DNA of 64,000 nt from the human T2T-CHM13v2.0 reference genome, Homo sapiens. The DNA lies in NCBI RefSeq assembly GCF_009914755.1, contig NC_060933.1; one strand, 5' to 3'. The notes beneath the pieces were generated by a model. It did not search any database. It saw nothing but the letters and a program-made list of their open reading frames with translations, and was not told the DNA's origin. Below are positions 57,130 to 64,000 of the stretch, piece by piece; the stretch's first letter is position 1, and each line of letters opens with the position of its first letter. The position numbers and the translations under genes were made by a program.

Positions 57130-57330
57130 ATGACTAAAACCAATCCCCCAGTCCCTTCCGGCTGCACACCTCGCCGCCTCCACTGCCTCCATGCGCTGAT
57201 TTGCATCCAGGCAGGTTGTGTAAACAAGGCTGTTAGGGGAATATAAATAACCACAGCCTGGACTGTGGTTCAACAGTCTGGTCTGGGGAAATCAGAATTT
57301 CCACTTGTCTCCCATGGCAAGGTGGAGCCT
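57130..57330 (+). promoter_or_regulatory. Candidate TATA-containing promoter/enhancer module (non-repeat)
   Basis: CCAAT 57140, octamer ATTTGCAT 57199, FOX TGTAAACA 57219, TATAAATA 57242, inverted RUNX pair 57249-57270; motif evidence only. Confidence 0.35.
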
Positions 57331-58439
57331 CTTAACTGTTCACAAGGTCCTTGATTCTCACCCTCTCCCTCCCTAGATGCTGGTGCTGATATGTGGTGCT
57401 GCTTGGCTTCCTCCAGCTCAGCTCCTCCTCCACTCCTGCCTTTACAGCCATAGATGCTAACTTGCCGAGTTGTCAAACAGAACCAAGCTCTGTTCTCACT
57501 TTGCCGGGGCAGGCTGGGCAGGCGAACAGAGGCTGAGCTCCCTTCAGAGAGACATCCCCATATACAGTATGACCATTTCAAGGTCATAAACTCAGTCTTA
57601 TTCCATCACATGGCCCCCAGTGGCTAATCTAGTTCATGTAGTTGAGGTAAACATCAGAGTTGTCCAGCCTCCAGTTTACATTAATTCCAGCTCCCTGCTG
57701 TATGACCTTGGACAAGTTTACTTAAACTTTCTGAGCAGTCATTTTATTGTCATCTATAAAGTGAAGGTGATAATTATGTCTACTTCTTAGGATTATTGGG
57801 CAAAGGAAATCTAATGGTGTACTCCAAGTGCTTAGCATGTTTCTTGAAAAAGTAGGCGCTAAATAAATTGTAACTATTGTTAATACTATTCTGGTGGTAA
57901 TGGTGATGGCAGTGTCGTCAGTGCATATTGAATGAATTCAATCAAAGTATTGATACCTATTCCCCATGTTTCTGTACACCCACGTATAAGACTGGTCTTA
58001 AATGATAGAAGAGGATTCCAAAGAATTGAGAAGCATCTTTGATGCTGTGGAAGAAACCCAGGGCCTGGAGTAAGAAGGCCGAGACAAATTCTAACATAAC
58101 AACTTGAAATCTACATTTGTCAAATTCTCTAAATTGTAGATCAGTCACTCATAAAGCAGGAATCCCAATAACTTCCTTCCCAAGGTTAATTTGAGAACCA
58201 AGTTAGATGATGTTTTGAAAATAGTATTGGGAGTTATTTCTTTCAAGATTTAACAGTAGCCATCACGTAGATAAATCTCTCTAAATACAGGAGGTATCCA
58301 GAAGCATCATGAAGATTAGAACTTGGCCCTGCCCTGAGGAACTTCTTTTAGCAGTACAATCTCTTTGTTGGTGTTTATAGAGTTTCCTTCCTAGACCAGC
58401 TCTGGGTTCTGGTCTCAGCTGATCCCATTCCCCTTCTCC

Positions 58440-58850
58440 TTACCACATAACAACCACCCAGGCCATCTTCCTAGTCTCTGAACACTTATTCAACCTCAAG
58501 GTCTTTGTCGTTGTTCTTTCTCTGTCTGGAACACTCTCCTCTGGATGGCAGCTTCGCTGGTTTCCTTGCACTATTCTCAAAGCTTCGTCCATGTACTATC
58601 TCCTTGAATATCCTTCCCTGATCCATAAATCAATGAACTCCCAGTTGTCTTCTGTCACTTGGCTCTTTTTAATTTTCTGCATAACACTTATTATCTGAAC
58701 CTGTCATGTTTATTCATTTGATTACTTGCTGTATCTGTTCCTCTCACTGAAAGCTGAGCTTCATGAGAACAGAAACTTTGCTTGTTCACTGCTCTGTCTC
58801 ATGGCCTAGAACATTCTGGGCTGCTCCAAATATAAGCGTTGGAGGAATTC
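58440..58850 (+). mobile_element. L2 LINE 3' region
   Basis: CCTCAAGGTCTTTG..GTCTGGAACACTCT...TGAGCTTCATGAGAACAG..TGTTCACTGCT..GCCTAGAACA. Confidence 0.75.
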
Positions 58851-59188
58851 AGGTGGGCAGTAGAGGTAACAGAAGAGAAGTCACTCTCTTTTCCCTGGAG
58901 AAACTTGCAATCTAAACGAGGACTTAAGATTTACTCAAATTAAATCTGGCAGGACACCATGCAATGGGAAATAGATAAAAGCATATTTGTCTGAGCTTTA
59001 TTGTCATTTGGAACTATTGAAGTCCCAGTCTTTTTGCATTCGGAGGAAACAAAGCTCCAGAGAAAAACAAACAAAAATCCTTAATTACCAGTGGTGCCAC
59101 TCACACCTCATTCTTTAACAGGGCATAAACAGGGGAAGGGAGAGAAACAATGCACGATATCCCCAGCAGGGAGTCAGACCCCCTCTGA

Positions 59189-59505
<317 letters not shown>

Positions 59506-60974
59506 GGCGGTCACTTCTTAAATGCTTGCTCTGTGTCAGTGTTTAAGAAGTGATAGCTCCAAATCAGAGGAGGTCTGACTGTGTGGCTGTCACTTCTCAA
59601 ACACTTGCCATGCCAAGCACATTTACATTGTTATCTCCCTTAATCCTCACAGTATCCATGTGAAGTAGATACTATTTACTATTATTATTATTACTATCTC
59701 CATTTCACAGGTAAAGAAGTGAGTTCCTCACTGCTAAAGCCCCTTGTATTAACCACCAGCCTACACTGCTTCTCCTGCCCTACTGAGCCCTTCTACCCTA
59801 AGGTGATGATTCAGCATCCCTGCTTTGGTTACACCCAAAATTTTAAGCACACAACAACAAAAATACACACCAGTCAAACAAACGTGTTGGAGGAGGAAGC
59901 AGCAGGAGGAATTAACATTATTTACTTTAAGATTTATTATTCAAAAGTCCATTAAAACAAATTCCTCACTGAATTCTTTGCTGTGCCAAAAGCCTGTCCA
60001 TTGGGATAAATGTATCTTCTCTTTAGTCACATCATGTGGCTGTAAATTTATATTTACATTTTAATATTATATTCTTTATTTTCCTTTTCCCCCTATTTAT
60101 GAGAAAACTCAGAATCAAATTCAGTTCCTCATCCTAGCAGGTGTGTCAATTCATTCATTTGTTCAATAATGAAAACAAAATCAACAATTACATTTAGATG
60201 TATAGATACAGATGTAGACATATAGCATAAACAATTTGTTATGTGCTGGGTTAGCAAATTAGCTCAACTCAGAAGGCATATTTATTATTTGCTCGTGTAA
60301 ATTTGTTTAAATCTGTCTTTACATTTAATTTACCTTTTCTCTATTTCTTAATTTGTCACTGCAATATTTTGGAGAAGTTGGTAGAAGATAAACCTTAAAT
60401 AAATAAAGTCATAATGTTATGTCGTAAAGACATAAAAATAAAATTAATCTGGCCTCATAAGTACTAGTGTGACAGAAGCAGCACACATATAGAATCATAC
60501 GTATGCAGTTTTATTCTTTCACATCAATAACTGTATCTCAACACCAATCTTATAAGTCAGAGAGGCCCAGGAACTCATGCTTCTTCAAAGATGAAGCCAA
60601 TTCATATTTCTTGGTAAAGTGAAGATGTTAAGTAAATACCGACCAATCATTAAAAGTGTATTTGCTGAGATGAAGTCTGTGGCTGGGAATGTAGGGATAT
60701 GTATTTCACCATTAAGTGACAACAGGAAGCTCTTTCCCTACCAGTCAGTTGCCAAGCCCTATCAAATCTGCCTTAAAATGACTCTTCAGTCCATCTCCAT
60801 CACCACAACCTTGGTTCAGGCTCCCTGAACTATGTAATACTACAGATTTCTGCATCTGGTAACCCCCAATTGCCACTCTCTGTCCCTTTGTTCTCTTGCA
60901 TGCCATTCAAACAATCCCTTTGGTTCCATTTTCTTTTTCTTTTTCTTTTTTTTTTTAATAATTGCCATTTTCCA

Positions 60975-62345
60975 TTTTTATTTTTGTTTACTTCCAATTT
61001 TTATTTTAGGTTCAGGGGATACATGTGCAGGTTTACTGCATGGGTAAATTGTATGTGGCTGGGGTTTGGTGTACAAATTATTTCATCACCCAGTTAGTGA
61101 GCATAGTATCAGATATGTAGTTTTTTGATTCTCACCCTCCTCCTACTCTCCACCTTCAAGTAGGCCCCGGTATCTATTGTTCCCTTCTTTGTGTCCATGT
61201 GAACTCTGTTTAGGTCTCACTTATAAGTGAGAACATGGCGGTATTCAGTTCTCTGTTCCTGTTAATTCACTTAGGATAATGGCCTCCAGCTGCATCCATG
61301 TTGCTGCAAAGGAAAAGATTTTATTCTTTTTTATGGCTGCATAGTATTCCATGGTATATATGTACCACATTTTCTTTATCCAGTCCACTGTTGATGGGTA
61401 TCTGTGTCCTTACTATTGTGAGTAGTGCTGCAATGAACACATGTGTATGTGTCTTTCTGGTAGAATGATTTATATTCCTTTGCATATATACCTATTAATA
61501 GAATTGCTGGGTCAAATGATACTTCTAAGCTCTTTGAGAAATTTACAACTGCTATCCATAGTGCACAAACTAATTTATATTCCTACCAGCAGATTGTAAG
61601 GATTTCCTTATCTCTGCAACCTCACCAGCATCTGTTATTTTAAGTAATGGCCATTCTGACTGGTATGGGATAGTATCTCATTGTGGTTTTGATTTGCATT
61701 TCTCTAATGATTAGTAATGAGCATTTTTTTTCATATGCTGTTGGCCATGTGTATGTCTTCTTTTGAGAAGTGTCTGTTCATCTCCTTTGCCCATTTTTTA
61801 GTTGGTGGATTATTTGTTTTTTGCTTGTTGATTTGCTTAAATTCTTCATAGAGTCTAGGTATTAGGCTTTTGTCAGATGCATAGTTTGCAAATATTTTAT
61901 CCCATTCTGTAGGTTGTCTGTTTACTCTGTTGATAGTTTCTTTTGCTGTACAGAAACTCTTTCATTTAATTAAGCCCCACTTGTCAATTTTTGTTTTTGT
62001 TGTAATTGTTTTTAGAGTCATTATCACTAAATCTTTACCAGGGCCTATTTCCACAGTGGTATTTCCTAGGTTTATTCTAGAGTTTTTATAGCGTTACGTT
62101 TCACATTTTAATCTTCAATCTGTCTTGAATTAATTTTGTATATGGTAAAAGTAAGGGGTCCAGTTTCAATCTTCTGTATATGGCTAGCCAGTTATCTTAG
62201 CACTTTTATTAAATAGGGACTCTTTACCCATTGTTTGTTATTGTCAATTTTGTTGAAGATCAGATGGTTGTAGGTGTGTGGCTTTATTTCTGCGTTCTCT
62301 AACCTGTTCCATTGGTGTATGTGTCTGTTTTTATGCCAGTACCAT
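60975..62345 (-). mobile_element. L1PA15/16-type 3' ~1.4 kb
   Basis: TTTTATTTTAGGTTCAGGGGATACATGTGCAGG..; minus ORF 62192-62395 has WYWHKNRHIHQWNRLENAEIKPHTYNHLIF (L1 ORF2). Confidence 0.9.
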
Positions 62346-62608
62346 CGATCTATTTTCTCAAGAGTGAAATGCAGATTTCTTAGCTTATCACTCAAAATCC
62401 TCTACAACCAATCTTAAAAATGTACCCCTCTCAACCCACCCACCCTCTGTGAACCAGTTGGTGATCTTGTTTCTCAGGTCTAGAGAGAGAGGAAAATGTG
62501 GCTGGGATCTCACACCCAGAATCTTCAAGCAACTGCCTAATGTGACTGCAAATTCCACAGAGAGATATGTAGTAGGCTAAGCACTCATGCTATGAAGCTC
62601 AATGGGTT

Positions 62609-63110
62609 GGAAGTAGAAAGTGAGACTCAACTCAGGAGGTGGGACTGGACTTCAGAGACAGAGCTCAGATACTGAAAAAAATTGAGGACTAGCTAAAACC
62701 AGGACAGGGTGGAATCAACTTTCCATAAGACATGCCCACCAGCATGCCATGTCAGTTTACCATTGCCATGGCAGCACTCGGAAGTTACTGTCCCTTTCCA
62801 TGGCAATGACTTGATGACCCAGAAGTTACCCTTTATCTAGAAATGTTTGGATAATCTGCCCCTTAATTTGCATATAATTAAAAGTGGGTATAAATATGAC
62901 TGCAGAACTGCCTCTGAGCTGCTATTCAGCACACTGCCTATGCAGTAGCCCTCCTCCACAAGGAGCAGTACCTCTGCAGCTGCTGTACACTGCCACTTCA
63001 ATAGAAGTTGCTGTCTAACACCACAGGCTAGCTCTTGAATTCTTTCCTAGAGGAAGCCAAGAACCCTCCCAGGCTAAGCCCTAATTTTGGGGCTCATCTG
63101 CCCTGTATCA
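62609..63110 (+). mobile_element. ERV solo LTR (LTR47A-like)
   Basis: AATTGAGGACTAGCTAAAAC..CATTGCCATGGCAGCACTCGGAAGTTAC..TATAAAT..GAACCCTCCCAGGCTAAGCCCTAATTTTGGGGCTC..TGTATCA; family name from memory. Confidence 0.7.
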
Positions 63111-63141
63111 GTTTCACTACTCTCAGTCTGTGGAAGCCTAA

Positions 63142-63506
63142 TGATATGGTTTGGCTGGGTCCCCACCTAAATCTCATCTTGAATTGTAACTACCACAGTT
63201 CCCTTGTGTTGTGGGAGGAACCCAGTGGGAGTTGATCGAATTATGGGGGCAGGTCTTTCCTGCACTGTTCTCATGATAGTGAATGAGTCACACAAGATCT
63301 GATGGTTTTAAAAAACAGGAGTTTCCCTGCACAAGCTCTCTCTCTCTTTGCCTGCCCCCATCCATGTAAGACATGACTTGCTCCTCCTTGCCTTCTGCCA
63401 TGATTGAAGGGCCTCCCAGCCATGTGGAGTTTTAAGCCCATTAAACCTCTTTTTTTTCCCAGTCTCGGGTATGTCTTTATCAGCAGTGTGAAAATGAACT
63501 GATACA
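63142..63506 (+). mobile_element. THE1B-type MaLR solo LTR
   Basis: TGATATGGTTTGGCT...GAACTGATACA; perfect 5-bp TSD CCTAA at 63137-63141 and 63507-63511. Confidence 0.93.
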
Positions 63507-63670
63507 CCTAACTTACCCAATCTCATCTCACAAAACCTAACTTTTCTCCTCAATAAAACAGAAATAATAATAGGACCTATGTCACAGGATATTGTTGTCA
63601 GGATTTAATTATAACATGCCTGTATAGTGCTTAACACAGTGCCTGACATATGATTAGAGCTATGATTATC
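63507..63670 (+). mobile_element. MIR 3' part (5' parts at ~62565-62608 and 63111-63141)
   Basis: AATAATAATAGGACCTATGTCACAGGAT..TTGTCAGGATTTAA..AGTGCTTAACACAGTGCCTGACATA. Confidence 0.75.
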
Positions 63671-64000
63671 CTTCTTTTATAAGAATTTGCTCCCAGATCC
63701 TATGTGGTCTCCTAGTCCTGGTGAGCTATGTTGGACTTGATGTAAAACATGAAGATTTCTAGTATACTTTGGCCTAAGATGTTAACTAAGAGCAGGCTCA
63801 TGTCTGTTCTGATCCCTTATCACAGGTTCATTGATGTCTTATCATTCTCATGGTACTGGGAGGCTCAGAAAGCTAAACCCAAGAAAAATCACATTTAGTA
63901 GGCATGGGGTAGAGAAGGTTGTTCTTAAGATGTAGAGCCACCTCTCCAGAATTAAGGTAGCTTTCTGCAAGAGGAAAGCCCAGGTATGGCATTTCACATT

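Overview
Primate (human-like) non-coding genomic DNA, either intergenic or deep intronic, dominated by interspersed repeats. It contains about 13 Alus, L1 fragments from young (L1PA2-like) to old (L1PB/L1MA/L1M), many MIR, L2 and L3/CR1 relics, MaLR and ERV solo LTRs (THE1, MLT1, MLT2, LTR16, LTR33, LTR47-like), hAT MITEs (MER58A, MER30, MER20, MER5) and microsatellites. I find no supportable host coding exon, RNA gene or CpG island. The ORFs in the track are repeat-derived or chance ORFs, and I see no novel multi-gene system. The most notable structures are: (1) a young L1 insertion at 46860-47508 combining a twin-priming inversion, a ~0.8 kb internal deletion and a ~130-bp 3' transduction inside one 17-bp TSD; (2) an AluY that reused the target site of an older twin-primed L1PB, leaving three TSD copies; (3) a ~43-bp fold-back/triplication hidden by an Alu at 59172-59609; (4) a probable ancient RTE-clade reverse-transcriptase fossil at ~29610-30050; (5) a compact non-repeat TATA/octamer/FOX/RUNX promoter-like module at ~57130-57330. 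Repeat subfamily names come from my recall of consensus sequences, not from a search, and boundaries of old repeats are approximate.
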